A stretch of DNA of 64,000 bases from Octopus vulgaris. Taxonomy: Eukaryota. Under the pieces are notes generated by a model, which had not been told where the DNA came from, did not search any database, and was given only the letters and a program-made list of their open reading frames with translations. The stretch is from contig OX597820.1 in the NCBI GenBank assembly GCA_951406725.2, positions 51,398,001-51,462,000 of the forward strand, in the 5' to 3' direction. This document shows, in pieces, positions 1 through 13,589 of the stretch. The number at the start of each line of letters is the position of its first letter. Position 1 is the first letter of the stretch. Both the position numbers and the translations under genes were made by a program.

Positions 1-729
1 AAATTGATTGTAAACATTTCCGGAGGCGTCGATGGCTTTATCATTAATGGGAAATGCCTTAATGTATTTATAAAGACTACGAATGAATTTTTGATATATA
101 ACATAACTTAATTGAAGACTACTTGCAAAAGTTTGTCATATTACTACGGTATCTCAATTTCGTGCATCTTCGTACACTTTCTTTATAATTTGTACCTCAT
201 AAAAAGAAAAGGGACGCAAATATGATAAATGTATCTCGATGAAATATATCAACAAATCCTTTGAAATCTGGTTTATGAAAAGAACAATTTCCGCCTTTCT
301 CTGAAGTAATATCATAGCCTACCAAATATTGTAACACTTTTCCGAATACATTTCCCGATTTTTAAATAGCCCTGTGTTTATTTCAATGTATTTTACATTC
401 TAAAAGGAACATCTGACAAAACATTTAGCCGTCAAGAGAATAGATAATAATAGTGTGTTCAGGTATATAATGTAAGCAGTTTTTCCCGACTTGTTGCATA
501 TATCCTTTGAAATGAGACACAAAAAGAAAGATTATACATATATCTACATTATTAGATGAACAAACTATTATAGCTGTTTCCAATGAAAGAAGTGATTTTC
601 TATAATTCCTATTATACCATATATCTTGATGTCCATCAGGACATTTCGACAGGTAGAAAATGTTTTATGGGAAGGGTTTTAACAGTTCGGATAATTATGC
701 CAACGCACACATGCGCGTATGCACGATGA

Positions 730-767
<38 letters not shown>

Positions 768-1124
768 ACAAATATGTATACACACGTACATACACACGCA
801 CAACACACACACACACACATACAAACACACTGACAGAATTGCCACACTGACAGAATAGCCACACTGACGTAAAGACATATTTACAGTGACTGTTATGTTA
901 GTAGATAGATTGAAAAATAGATAGATAGGTAGATATAAAGAAAGGAATAAAAGAGAAAAAGAAAGAACAGAGGAAAGAAAGACAAAAATGAAATATATAT
1001 ACATATAGATGTCACACATAGATAAATAGAGAAATAGAACAGCTTTTTTTTTGTTAGTAGTGAAAAGAACTGTAAAGAATTGTACGTATAGAAACTACTT
1101 CAAATATATGTGAGGTAATCGTTA

Positions 1125-1322
1125 ATTATATATATAATATACATATATATATAAACGTAATACTATATATTTATATATAGTATATATATATACATACATA
1201 TATATATGTATATATATATATAAATGTATATGTGTATGTATATGTATATATTTGTAAGTATGTATATATACATATGTAAACATGTATATATATACATATA
1301 TATATGTATATATATATATACA

Positions 1323-1371
<49 letters not shown>

Positions 1372-1402
1372 GTATATATATATACATATATATATATTTA
1401 TG

Positions 1403-1447
<45 letters not shown>

Positions 1448-1470
1448 TTATATATATATACATATAATCA
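1125..1470. repeat. Compound (TA)n microsatellite, representative of many (e.g. 10560-10880, 34740-34940, 35760-36070, 44550-44790, 53510-53725, 54480-54800, 60405-60565)
   Basis: Direct inspection; source of the [12 protein letters not shown] ORFs. Confidence 0.95.
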
Positions 1471-3186
1471 TGTATGTTGTATGTAAGTAATCTATCCTTT
1501 TATATACCTATTTATCTATGTAGCCATCAAGCTAGCAATCTACCTATCTATCTGTCTGTCGGTCTGTCTCTTTAACAATGTATTTGAATTTCTATTTACC
1601 TATATGTATAATACGGTATTTTATACATTATTGTGCTTGTGTGTGTTTGTCTGTCTCTCTGTCTGTCCGTGTGCGTATTCGTGTCTGCGTGCGAGTGTGT
1701 ATGAGTACACATAGCTATGAGCGTCTTTTGTTTCTTCGTTCCAAATACAAATTATCATTTTCGATTATTATTCCAGCTGATATTGAAATATGGAGTTCAT
1801 GTCTAGTTGAAATATATAGCTCAGCTGTTTAGTAAGTGTTTAGAAAAACACGCCCACGGGGCAGGGAAATAATTTAGGAGAGTGAATCAATCTGAGGACA
1901 GGTTTGGAACAAAATTTACATGACGCCGAATGGAAGAGAAGTAAGTTCAAACGGACTTAGATTCATATATCGAACATGAAATTACGCACCTTGGTAACCC
2001 AACCATTAATTTAAGCATTACATTATAGCAGCTATTCCATTACAGATAGATTTCAAGTATCAGTTCGTGCAAATATGCAAGTATTCGAGTTCAAAAATAT
2101 TTCAAGTAATGAATCGATCATTTTACTTGTAACTATTTCATGGTTAGTCAGATCTATAGAGCAGTCAAATGCCAAGAGAGAGGTTGCTTGGGTCGACTTG
2201 TATTATTCGCTTTCAAACAATATATCCTACAAGCCGTATCACTACCTGCAGGTTATATATATTTTAATAATATAGATATCTATAGTTTAAGTCAGTGGGG
2301 AATTCCGCACCTTCTGCGAATACACGAGTTATCTGTACACTATCAGATTTACTTAATACAATGGAAATCTGAAACAACATCTGTATGTAACAATACGTAA
2401 GATTAAGAAAATATGAGAAATCTTGTTGGAGTATACATGCTCAAACACACAGACATATGCATGAGCATGTAGCTATACACATATATACATACAGAGCGAC
2501 ACACTCCAGTTTGCATATATATGAACCAAATATGCTTTTTGTAACTTTGGCACGGTAAAATGAAATATGTGTTGCTATCTCATTAGATTATTTAATACAT
2601 ATAGTACAACACCTGCAATCGTATTATATTATCTAATATAACATAGAAAATGGATGACGCTGGTGACTTATTTGTTTTGAATTGTTTTCTTTTTTAATTA
2701 ATGCTTACGAGAATATATTTACAACTTTAAGAAAAGTACTTCAAGATTCATTTGACAGAAAGTGTACAAGAGTAATTTTAAGTTTAAATATAAAGTTCTG
2801 CATACATAGTTCTACTTATAACTTGGTTAGCTTGAATAATTCATACTTTTTATTTTCTTTCAGATTAGCGTTGTCTGCAAAGGAAAGTTCATACTGATGT
2901 GGATATTAAATTTCAAATTGAATTATTCGGGAAACACTCAAAACTCATTCAGACATCTACATGCTACTGCAGAAAAAGATAATCCCTTTTACGCTGCCTA
3001 TCATAACAGAAATAGGACAAATGTCAAAATACTTTTCTCCGACAAGGAGTAAACTGCTAGAATTAAATACAGGAGAGCACTCGGAATTACATGTCCAACA
3101 CAAAAATAAACTCTGCGGTATCCCAAAGGGAAGTTCAGAATTGGCAAAGCAAATCAGTAATTAAGACACAATTTCTTTTCCTCAAC

Positions 3187-3345
3187 AGGCCCTGCCCTGC
3201 TAAACATTGTCCCAAAACTGATCCAAGAAGAAAAGGATCCCATCACAATTAAACGGAGTCTGGACAAATTTCTTCAAGGAATGTCATATAAGCCACCGAT
3301 ACTTGGATACAACTCACTCAACAAGAATTCCCTACTTCAACAGAC
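3187..3345 (+). mobile_element. CR1/L2-like LINE 3' fragment
   Basis: Translates GPALLNIVPK..IKRSLDKFLQG..P...Y...NKNSLL, paralleling GPQLFNILPK..FKSRLDLFL..VPDE..NSIL at 31777-32079. Confidence 0.6.
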
Positions 3346-3406
3346 ATGGCTTGTGCGAATCTTTGGTCGAAGCATATCTAAATTTTTTTCTAAGCTTATG
3401 TATATA

Positions 3407-3576
3407 GGCCCAGTGGTGGCTGTGTGGTAAGTTTCTTGCTTACCAACCACATGGTTCCGGGTTGCGTCCCACAGCGTAGCACCTTGGGCAAGTAACTTCC
3501 ACTATGGCCTCGGGCCGACCAAAGAAATGTGAGTGGGGTAGGTAGACGTAAACTGAAAGAAGCCCGTCGTATATAC

Positions 3577-3621
<45 letters not shown>

Positions 3622-3852
3622 TGTGTGCGTGTTTGTGTGTGTGTGTGTATATTTGTGTGTCTGTGTTTGTCCCCGAACATCGCTTGGCAATCGATGCTCG
3701 TGTAATTACGTCCCCGTAGCCAAGCGATTCGGCGAAAGCGACCGATAGAATAAGTACTAGGCTTGCAAAGAATAATTCCTGGGGACGATTTGCTCAACTA
3801 AAGGCGGTGCTCCAGCATCGTCACATTCAAATGATTGAAACAAGTAAAAGAG
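3407..3852 (+). mobile_element. tRNA-derived SINE, family A, with internal (TA)n/(TG)n
   Basis: A-box-like TGGCTGTGTGG, B-box-like region, body CCTTGGGCAAG...CGACCAAAG, tail GGCGGTGCTCCAGCAT...GAAACAAGTAAAAGA; homologous copies elsewhere in the window. Confidence 0.85.
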
Positions 3853-3861
3853 TATATATTT

Positions 3862-4045
3862 TACTTTTTACTTCTTACGGTCATGCTGTGCCATCGCCTT
3901 GAATAATTTATAGTATTAACCCCACTTCCTTTTTTGTTTGTTTGAAACCTACTACTTATTATATCGTCTCTGTAACCGCTAATTTATAGGGCCATAAACA
4001 CACCAACATCGGTTGGCGTGCGTCGGTGGGGTGGACAAGCAAAGA
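3862..4045 (-). mobile_element. Family A SINE 3' half, degraded
   Basis: Reverse complement matches the tail and ACCGATG(T)TGGTGTGTTTA segment of family A. Confidence 0.65.
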
Positions 4046-4126
4046 TACTCATACATAGATACATATATATATATATATATATATACGAATACACACACAC
4101 ACACACACATATATATATACATATAT

Positions 4127-4193
<67 letters not shown>

Positions 4194-4196
<3 letters not shown>

Positions 4197-4380
4197 AGAG
4201 TTTATGAAAAAAACAAAAGACGAAGGCAGGTGGTATACAAAGCAAACAGATGTATTGGTATAACGCTCAGGAATCGAAAAAGTATTTAACGTTTCGAGCC
4301 TACGCTCTTCTACAGAAAGGGACAGAAAAAACAAGGAGAGAAACAAGGAGAGAAAAAATGTGTGTAGTGGCTAACGAGAT
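4194..4380. repeat. Dispersed repeat abutting (TA)n; second copy at 63890-64000
   Basis: GAGTTTA..AAAAAAACAAAAGACG..CAGGTGGT..CTCAGGA..TCGAGCCTA shared by both loci. Confidence 0.75.
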
Positions 4381-4404
4381 CTCTTTTCAAGGTTTTTAGA
4401 GAAA

Positions 4405-4526
4405 TCCAAATCCATATAATAAAAAGTTTTATTACATACTTAGCCGATTAGCGTTTGCGAAGCTAATTTTTTATGTTAGCAGATTAGTAGCTAACGAAGC
4501 GTTTTCGTTAGCTGTGCCCGCCACTG
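4405..4526. mobile_element. Possible hAT-like transposon terminus
   Basis: Clustered TTAGC/GCTAA(C) subterminal motifs ending in GTGCCCGCCACTG. Confidence 0.3.
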
Positions 4527-7034
4527 TATATATATGTATATGCATGTATGTGTCTTTGTATGTGTGTTTCTGCATGTACGCATCTATGTATGTATGTATG
4601 TATGTATGTATGTATGTATGTATGTATGTATGTATGCGTTCATGCAGAAACACACATACACACATATGTGTGTGATGTAGTAGTAGTAGTAGTAGTAGTA
4701 ATTGTGTTTTTAGTTCATGCAGTACTTTTAGCAGTAGCAAGGGACATGGATTAGTCTAAGTAATTCAGAATAATCCAAATAGACTGCGTCACGTATCAGA
4801 CAATTCTCTTCCACCAGTGAACTTTAGAATTACTAGAAGTACTACTTTTCAAATGCCAATTAACATACACGCTAAAAATTTATTGTGTTGCGGAGACTGG
4901 GCGTTCTTGGCGCTAAAATTTCATAAATCCATTGTTTTTTGAAATGGGTAATATTTATTCGGCGCCTATATTTTCTCCATACATAAAACGATTCCTTGTA
5001 TATTATTTCAATAATTGCTTTCCAAAATGGTTACATATAATAATATCACACAAGAAGTATTATTTACTTTTGCCTTAAGGCTTACATCTTCTAACAACTT
5101 CAGTACAATTACGTGATTACAGATATATCCACTCTTATCGATTTATCTTTGTTCATTAGTTGGTTCTGAATACCCAGAAGTTGCTGTACAGAGAGACATT
5201 ACATATACATATAAGACACGTACATAAGACAGTTTTTAAGTTAAGATACAATGTACTTTTCGAAGTTCATTACTACACCCTCTTTACCTTCAAGATTTTA
5301 TTTGATCATCATCATAGTGGGAGATTTGGAGACAATTGTGCAGGGATGCATATCCTCACACAGACTCACAAAAACACGCACGCAAACATACAACACATAC
5401 ACACATTCCAACACAATCATACATACACAGGCACGCACAGAAACTGAGCTACAAATATTTATGTGTGTGTTTGTATATGTATGTATGTGTGTATGGATAT
5501 ATATATATATAAGTATATATATATATATAATTATATATATATATATATATATATATAAGCTCAAATAAAGGTTACAAACATCATTAAGTGATAGTAAAAT
5601 CAACTGAAAATACTGGTTAGTTACCTATACAAGGTACGTTGAACATTACAGTTAATATTCAACTGTAAGGTAACCGTAGATATATATATATATATATATT
5701 TTAAATAAAATATAAAAATAGAGTGACCATCAATAAATTATTATTTATTAATTTAAGAATAAATTGACAACATCTCTTACAGCTGCTTCAATTCCAGACC
5801 ATCAGAAAATGAATTAATAAAATTTAAAATTACTTGAAAGTCGAATCTCGTCAGAGCTAGTTTAACATATACAAAATAGGTGTTCATATTCTGCATGTTG
5901 AGTATTAATGTTAATAATTAATTTGCGGAAGGTTTCGAATTGAAACAACTATAAAAGATGTCATTTTTTTTTTGTTTTAATATATAAATAATTATGTATT
6001 TTCTTATCTTAGATAAGATAGATGGAATATGGAAGATACAAGAATGTTTATTGATTACTACTAGCATTTCGACCCATCTAGCATCGATCCCTTATTAATG
6101 GTTATTATACAGCTGGTTTAGGTGTATCCATCGGTCTAGATGTGTCTGCTCAGGTGTTTTCAAGAGGTATCGCGTGAAAATAAACTCTATTTCACACAAC
6201 TTATTTCTGCCAGTTTTCTTCGTTGTCTTCGTATGTAGAAAGGGTAAATTAAGGAACAGAGCTTCATTTTCGTAGAAAATACATAGCAAAGATGAAATAC
6301 AAAAAGTAGCAAATACGCAATGCAACGAAAAATAATTATTACGCATAACCGTTAGTAGATATAAGTTTAAAGAAATTCGCAGATACATGATCTGGCGCAC
6401 GTACACTCGCTCGTACAAATGCACACGCACATACAAGCTCATGAATACAAACGCATGGTTTGGTGCACATACCCTCAGACTCAGACTTAAATCGGTATGA
6501 CTAAAAACGATGCAAATTACTGGTATACAAGGGCCAAAGAGCATCCCAGTGGTTTGGGTAAGTAGTTTGGCATGATGTTAATAGGAACGGAGAAGTTGCT
6601 GTCATTCATTCATACAATTGGGTATATTGTGTTTATTAATTGAGTCAGCGAATACTCTAATTTATGTTGCCTGTATTGTGTGAAGGTGCATTTCGCAGCA
6701 TGAGAGTATCTTGTTGGCTTTTTGGAAACCTTATTGATGAACTTCTCACTCGTCCAAAAAACGCACAGTGGTTCCTCGGAGCATAGGGTGAATCTACTGG
6801 CAATGATGTTGTATGGTTGTGCTTATCTTAATACAGGCCGAGTGTGATCATTTTTATCTCAGAGTTTTCGAGTTGCCACATGTCACACACATACACACAC
6901 ATATGTATGTATACACATACACACATAGATTGCGATGTATAAATTGCCGCCATTTTATATTTTTAATTCCTGTGAAGGCACATTGGTTGTTTTGATTTTG
7001 TTAACTACATTGTATAGTAGGGATGGTCGATAAA

Positions 7035-7355
7035 AACAGTATCATGATGCAATGCATTCAGTCAGAAATTTAGAATCAACATGCTGTACCGCTTGGAATT
7101 CAGCACGGAGGAAGCAATACAAATATTTCAGAGTATTTGGGTGTCAATTTGAGGACAATGTAGAGGATTCGGAACGAGATGGATCAGTTTAATGGTGATT
7201 ACGAATGAACGGCAGCTCAGAAACTCACTCTGATCGTTTTGCTAAGAAAAGAACTCCTGAATTTGTTGGTGAGACCCAAGAAATGATTGACAACGATCAC
7301 TCCAAGTCAACCAGTTCAATCGGCAGAGACATAGGAACGATTGAGCTTTTTATCG
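7035..7355 (+). mobile_element. 5' fragment of maT (DD37D)-like Tc1/mariner element
   Basis: Strong similarity to 13630-13930 (AAGAACTCCTGAA.TTGTTGGTGAGA.CCA..ATTGACAA.GATC.CTCCAA). Confidence 0.7.
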
Positions 7356-7357
7356 GA

Positions 7358-8465
7358 TATTGTGATCACATAAAAGTTGTATTAGATTTACTTAAGTATG
7401 ATGAAAACAAATGATTCATATGAGTGGATCTAAACATTGTGAACTTTTTACTCGGTCAACAAAGAAGGTGTGCAAAATATCCGTGCATCCTGTGTTTATG
7501 GGATAACCAAGCACTAGACAAACATTGGGAACTGAAACATTGGCTGGTTAGAAAGGCTTGATTTTGGGGGAGAACGATATGATACACCAAACACTTGTTG
7601 AGTGAGAGAAAATCATCTTTCCACCACTTTATATTAATTTAAGACTAGTGAAGTAATTTGTCAAAGCTCTTAATGTGGAAGGGTAACTGTTTCAAATTCA
7701 TATGTACAGCATTTCCTGGTCTAAGGTATGATAAAATAACGGCTGGTGTTTTTGATGGGCCACGAAACAGAAAGTTAGGGAAATGCTAGAATTTCTCGAA
7801 CCTGATGGCTGACTTAGAAAAAAAGAGCATGGGATTCATTTGTGGCTGTTGTGAAAGGATTCTGGGGAAGTGAAAATCCTGAAAACTACAAGGATTTGAT
7901 GGAGACATTAGTTGATTGCTTTTATCTTTTAGGCTGCAACATGACCATAGCACTATATTTCCTCAATAGCCATTTCGATGAATTTCCTGCTAGTCTAGAT
8001 GTGAGCGATGAGCACGGTGAGCATTTTCCTCAAGCAATTAGGATGATGGAGGAGAGATATCAAGCCCGATGGAGCACACACATGATGGTAGACTACTGTT
8101 GGTGTATTCAAAGAGACTGTGTAGACATGAAATACTCCACATGCTCTCGAAAGCGGAGATTTGTAATATGAATACGAATGGTTTGTATTTTATCCATCAT
8201 ATTAGAAAATTAATAGTATGTATTTAGTAGAAAGTGATGATATCCTACATTTCGTATTCCATTGACATTATAATTTATGGTTTGAAGCTATAAGATTTAG
8301 AGAACTATCCTGATAAATTAAATTATTTATACAGTAAATCATAAAATAAGGGGTTTATTATAAAATGGCAACATGATGTGTTAAGATAAATATTTGAGAC
8401 CAGCATCTCAAAATTAAATAAACATAACCATAAAACCGAACTCAGCAAAAAGTGAGTTGAGGAGT
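7358..8465 (+). mobile_element. Chapaev3-like (CMC) DNA transposon 3' part, decayed transposase
   Basis: Remnants LLGQQ..KYPC.LC.WD, FVKAL, AGVFDGP, LGCNM, SDEHGEHF.Q.I..ME.RYQ.RW...MM.DYCW; ends in ...GAGTG. Family assignment is from motif recall. Confidence 0.65.
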
Positions 8466-8479
8466 GTATTAAGGTGTGA

Positions 8480-9270
8480 TGCACAGTTATTCACCTTCCT
8501 CTCAATATTTGTTGCGGTGGCCCCTATTTTCCGAGACGACTATGATTCGTTTAGGCTTGCTGCAAATCAATGATTGAGTCAGTTCTATGTTTACAGACCT
8601 CCTTTATTATTGCACGAGAGCTTTAAACCGTTCAGTATTTCTTGGCTCTTCTCCGTCAAGTGGGATTTTAGGAATGGAACACAAATTTTCAATAGAAATT
8701 AAATCTGGAGAATTTCCCGGAAAAGACTCCAAAATTTCAATACCTTTCTCTCCAAGATACTTTTTAATCTTTTTCGCAGTGTGGCACAGTGTTCCATCTT
8801 GTTGGAAAATGCAAGTTTCTTCGACAAACCGCCTCTTAATGCTTAGGAGAAGATGGGATTCAATGATATTTTGCCACCATGTGGAATTCAAACAAGTGTT
8901 TGCATTTTTTGCAAAACCGACAGTGATCCAACGCCCTTGGATGAAAAGGATCCGTACATTTGAATGGTTTCTGGATGCTTAACAGTGGGCCCGATACAGG
9001 CCTCATCATAGTGTTCACATTGCCGCCTTCTAACGAGCGTTTTTCACGATGTCCAAAACAACTGAAATGGTGCTTCATCAGAAAAAAATCACTTTATCAC
9101 ATGGCTCACTGCGCAATTCTTTATATTTTCTTCAAAAGGCAAGCCTGTTTTTCACTTGTTTTCTTCTTCCTTCAAGGGAATATCTTTAACAGCAATATCT
9201 TGTTTTGTTAGGCTATTTTGGTGGAAAGAAATAACGGACTGGCGTTTTCCTTGTACCAATAACATCCCTG
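8480..9270 (-). mobile_element. Tc1-like (DD34E) transposase remnant
   Basis: ORF 8607-8891: FQQDGTLCHTAK...FPGNSPDLISIENL. Confidence 0.8.
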
Positions 9271-9738
9271 CAATAAAATGAAATAAAAAGGTCTTTGTAA
9301 GGATGAAGAGCATTCATTAATTAAAAATCAGTCATAAATGACACATGACGTCATATATAACTTTATTTACTGTTCTTGTTATTAATTATTAGTTTGCATG
9401 CGATTCCAACTTGAAATCATCAAGAGAAATGTGATTCCCACTCGTAGGAAATATAATCAATTCCGTAAACTAATGATTATTGGCAATATCTATTGGTTTT
9501 CAACAGTTTTTTTTTTCAAATCTTAGTGGATAACAGATGACCTCTTAAAATAATATGCTATCATTAACATTCACAAAAATTTCACACGAAATAACAAAAA
9601 TACGGTGTTTGTTCAAACCATTGGCCATGAATTTAATGAAAGTGTTGTAAAGCTGGGGTATTATTCAATCGAGTAGATTTTTGATAATCTTACCTATATT
9701 TGAACTGGAAGGTGAGATGAGGCAAACGGAGAGATTCA

Positions 9739-9774
<36 letters not shown>

Positions 9775-10623
9775 ACAAATGTGTTATGTTCTAGTCTGAT
9801 TTTTGGATAGGAGACTTGATTCGAAAAAAGACACTCCAACACAGTAAAAATATATATTCTCTGGATATACAGAAAATTACATAGAATAAACGTACATATT
9901 TACCTTAAATATGTTTACCTTAAATATGTACGTTTCACATACGCTTTGTAATTTTGTTATATCAATAACAGTTTCATAACGATAAATATTGCTAAATTGT
10001 AAATACTGCGTAATAATACATAGGTAATTCATGTAAGGATGTTCAAATTCAATAAAATTAGACATTGCATTTATCTAAATAGGCTGAGTTTTTTTTTATT
10101 TTGTTAAACATAGGTTTCGAAAAAATACATAGAATAATAAGTAAATACACCAGTGCATAAAAACAAACGAACACACCCACAAGCACGCGCATATGTGTGC
10201 ACAGACATAGAACTATCAATGCATATAAGGATTTTCGTAACTTGAACAAAAACACTACAGTATATAACAAAAAATGATCCACAATTCCAATATCTAAATT
10301 TTACGCCGATCTATATTGACATACAGATATACATATATATGCATAAACTTTCATATTACGCAACACGTACAGATATGGATGCACACGCATACACACGCAC
10401 ACACGCACAGAAGCACATATGTCTATTTGTGTACATATATATATATGTGTATGTGTGTTCGTGTGTGTGTATATGTATGTATAAGTAAATGTATATATGC
10501 ATACAGAGAGAAATGCTTTCACTTGTGTGTAGAAAAATGAATACAAACAGATAAATACGTACATACATATATATATATATCTTTATATATATATATATGT
10601 ATGTGTATATATAGATATATGCG

Positions 10624-10687
<64 letters not shown>

Positions 10688-10774
10688 TGTATGTATATAT
10701 ATACATGTATAATGTGAGCGAGTGTGACTGTGTTTGTGTATCTGTGTGATAGAGAGAAAGAACGATAGACAAAC

Positions 10775-10879
<105 letters not shown>

Positions 10880-11407
10880 TGAACACTCTTTCATATATAT
10901 TTTAGAGTCTGCGCACGTACATACGTATATATCCATACATCTTACATACACACGCGTACAAATAAATACACACAGACGTGCGCACATACATTTAAACCTC
11001 GTTTAAGTAGAAAAATTAGCTGTTAATGCTTAAGTATTACTCCCATTGAAAGCATTGTCGGTGCTTTCGAACGGCAGGAAATGAAATACTTTCCACTGCA
11101 ATCATAGTAGTCTGCTGCGTATTACATTACTACAGATAAGCAATTAATATTAATAGTTTTCATTATAGTTTAATTTTGTATAGTTCATATATCGAGTTAC
11201 AGCATATTAAATAACAACAGTGTATTAAGTGCAAATGAAACCAGTTTTATTCCTTTAGAGACTATTTTTGGATAAAAGAATATACTTTTGTATTTTGTTT
11301 GCAATTCATGTGAGCTATTATGTTGAAACAGATTCTATTGCCTTGCGGGAAGTACATTATGCCAATAATAAACACGCGAACTTCTTTAGAAGTATTTTTC
11401 AACTATT

Positions 11408-11620
11408 CGCCGAGTTGGCAGAATAGTTAGCACGCCCATTTAAATGCTTGGCGTTATTTCGTCCATCTTTATTTACAGTTCAAATTCCGCTGAAGTTGGC
11501 TTTACCTGTCATTAACTCAGGATCGATAAAATAAATACAATTTAAGCCCTGCGGTTGATGTTATCAACCAACCCCTCCCCAAAATTTCAGGCATTGTGCA
11601 ACTCGTAAAAAGGGTTATTA
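11408..11620 (+). mobile_element. tRNA-derived SINE, family B, degraded
   Basis: GAGTTGGCAGAATAGTTAGCACGCC..GTTCAAATTCCGC..GATCGATAAAATAA, homologous to 36757-36916. Confidence 0.7.
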
Positions 11621-12644
11621 CACTTTAACCAACTTACCGTTTAACCAATGATTTAATCGAATATTTGATTAATCTTTCAGCTAATAATCAATCAAATAGA
11701 CCATGATTTTTATGCCAAATTTGATGTAGGTCTGTTACGCGTCATTCTATCTCCTAGTTTGCAGATTCTATTTTATATACGAACATGAATGAGAATATGT
11801 TTTAGGGAGAGAAAGAAAGAAAGAAATGAAAAGATAGGAGAAAGGATTCGTGTGTGTGTGTTTGTGTGTGCTTGCACGCGCACTTTATTTTGTGGATATG
11901 TTTGCGTGAAGCTGTAACCTGTCTTTCATGGATAACTCTTTCCTGTAAGTAAGGGTGTGAGAACATGTGTTTATTTATGTGTGTGTGTGTGTGTGCTTTG
12001 GTCATTCGTGTATGTGTATTGTATGGATTTTCTAGATATTGTTTCTGTCACATACTCCAATTCTGGGTTAAAAATACCCTGCTCCGTTTAGTCCTAGTTA
12101 GGTCGCAGTAAATGAACAGTAATGCATAAAGAGCACTATATATATAATGAACTGCAAATGTTTCGGACAACTGTGCGTGGCCCAAACCGTCAGTCTTTAC
12201 TAATCCCTGTCGAACACATTCTTCTTTTTGGAGGGATTTGTTCGTGTTATTTGTAAGTAGATTACAGTGGCGAAATTTGTTTTGGTTTTAATTTTTTTGT
12301 GTCGCTTAAGTCATTTAAACGACATTCCAATGTAAGTCAACTGTGGAGTTCATCGACATCAGCAACGATTAGTAGAGAGTATCATTTAGTGCAAGATTAG
12401 AGAAGGAATATGTCTCTGGTTACTCAATGGTATAGCTTAAATCAGTACACCCAGAAATGAATAAACTACATGGAATGAAAATCTATTCATTTATGCATAA
12501 ATTAAAAAGAGTATCATTCAGAGAGTAATAACAGAAATAATTACATTATACACATACATGTGTGTTTGTGCGCGCGTCTGTGTCTGTGTCTGTATATGTG
12601 TGCATGTATGTGTGTACATAGATATATATGTATAATCTTTTATA

Positions 12645-12855
12645 TGCTTCATTCATTGGACTGCTGTCATGGTGGGGGGACCACGTAACTGTTTTGTTTT
12701 TCTTTTTAAATCGGTCTCAGTATTTACACGCCCCACCTCAGCGGGGCACATGAATCAAACACCAGTGGCAGAATAAGAGACAGACACAAAAACAAATACA
12801 CGTATACATACACACACTTGCCCATATATTTATATACCCGATAGGCTACTTTCAT
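12645..12855 (-). mobile_element. Family A SINE remnant
   Basis: Degraded reverse-complement tail, internal CA repeat and CGA..GGCT.CTTTCA segment. Confidence 0.45.
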
Positions 12856-12944
12856 TTTTGTGTATCAGTTACACAAGAATTTATTTCGTCGTGGTGAACT
12901 TGCTGTCACTTGATCACACAAATGAACACAAACAACATGCGCGA

Positions 12945-12981
<37 letters not shown>

Positions 12982-13510
12982 AACACACAAAGACATACGC
13001 ATACAGACACACACATATTCAAACACATATATACGCACAATAACTACAACAACGCAAATACACATTTCTAAAAATATTTTTTCGTATTTATAATAACATT
13101 CTTTGGGTTAGGGAATCTTGAAGCAAACACAGAGCGGTAAATAATGTAAACAGTAGGTTGAAAATCCCTTTTCGTTCAAAAAAAAAAGATCGAAAGCTGC
13201 TCATAGTATTCGATCCCACATCTTCGGTTCACATAAAAATATTGTAAGGTTCTTCCATATTTCTGTGAATTAGTTCGATATAAAAAAAATTAATGACAAT
13301 AATATTGATTACAAATCTTGAAACGAGGACAGCAATTTCGCCACAGGAGGTAAGTCTATAACAACAACCCCAGAGTTCAATTGATATTTACTTTATCGAC
13401 CCCCAAAAGATGGAAAAAAAAATGTATAGTGACCGTAATATTAATACTAACAACTTTTTCAACTCTATGAATCCTGATTTTGAGATGAAAGCCATCAATA
13501 ATTACAAAGT

Positions 13511-13563
<53 letters not shown>

Positions 13564-13589
13564 ATGTGCGCGTGTGTATATTGTTTGCT

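Noticed and set aside
566-642. Hammerhead-like pieces (CTGATGG ... GAAACAGCTAT, minus strand)
   Set aside because: Stems I and II do not pair convincingly
636-1490. Many [12 protein letters not shown] ORFs here and throughout the window
   Set aside because: Translations of dinucleotide microsatellites, which lack stops in several frames
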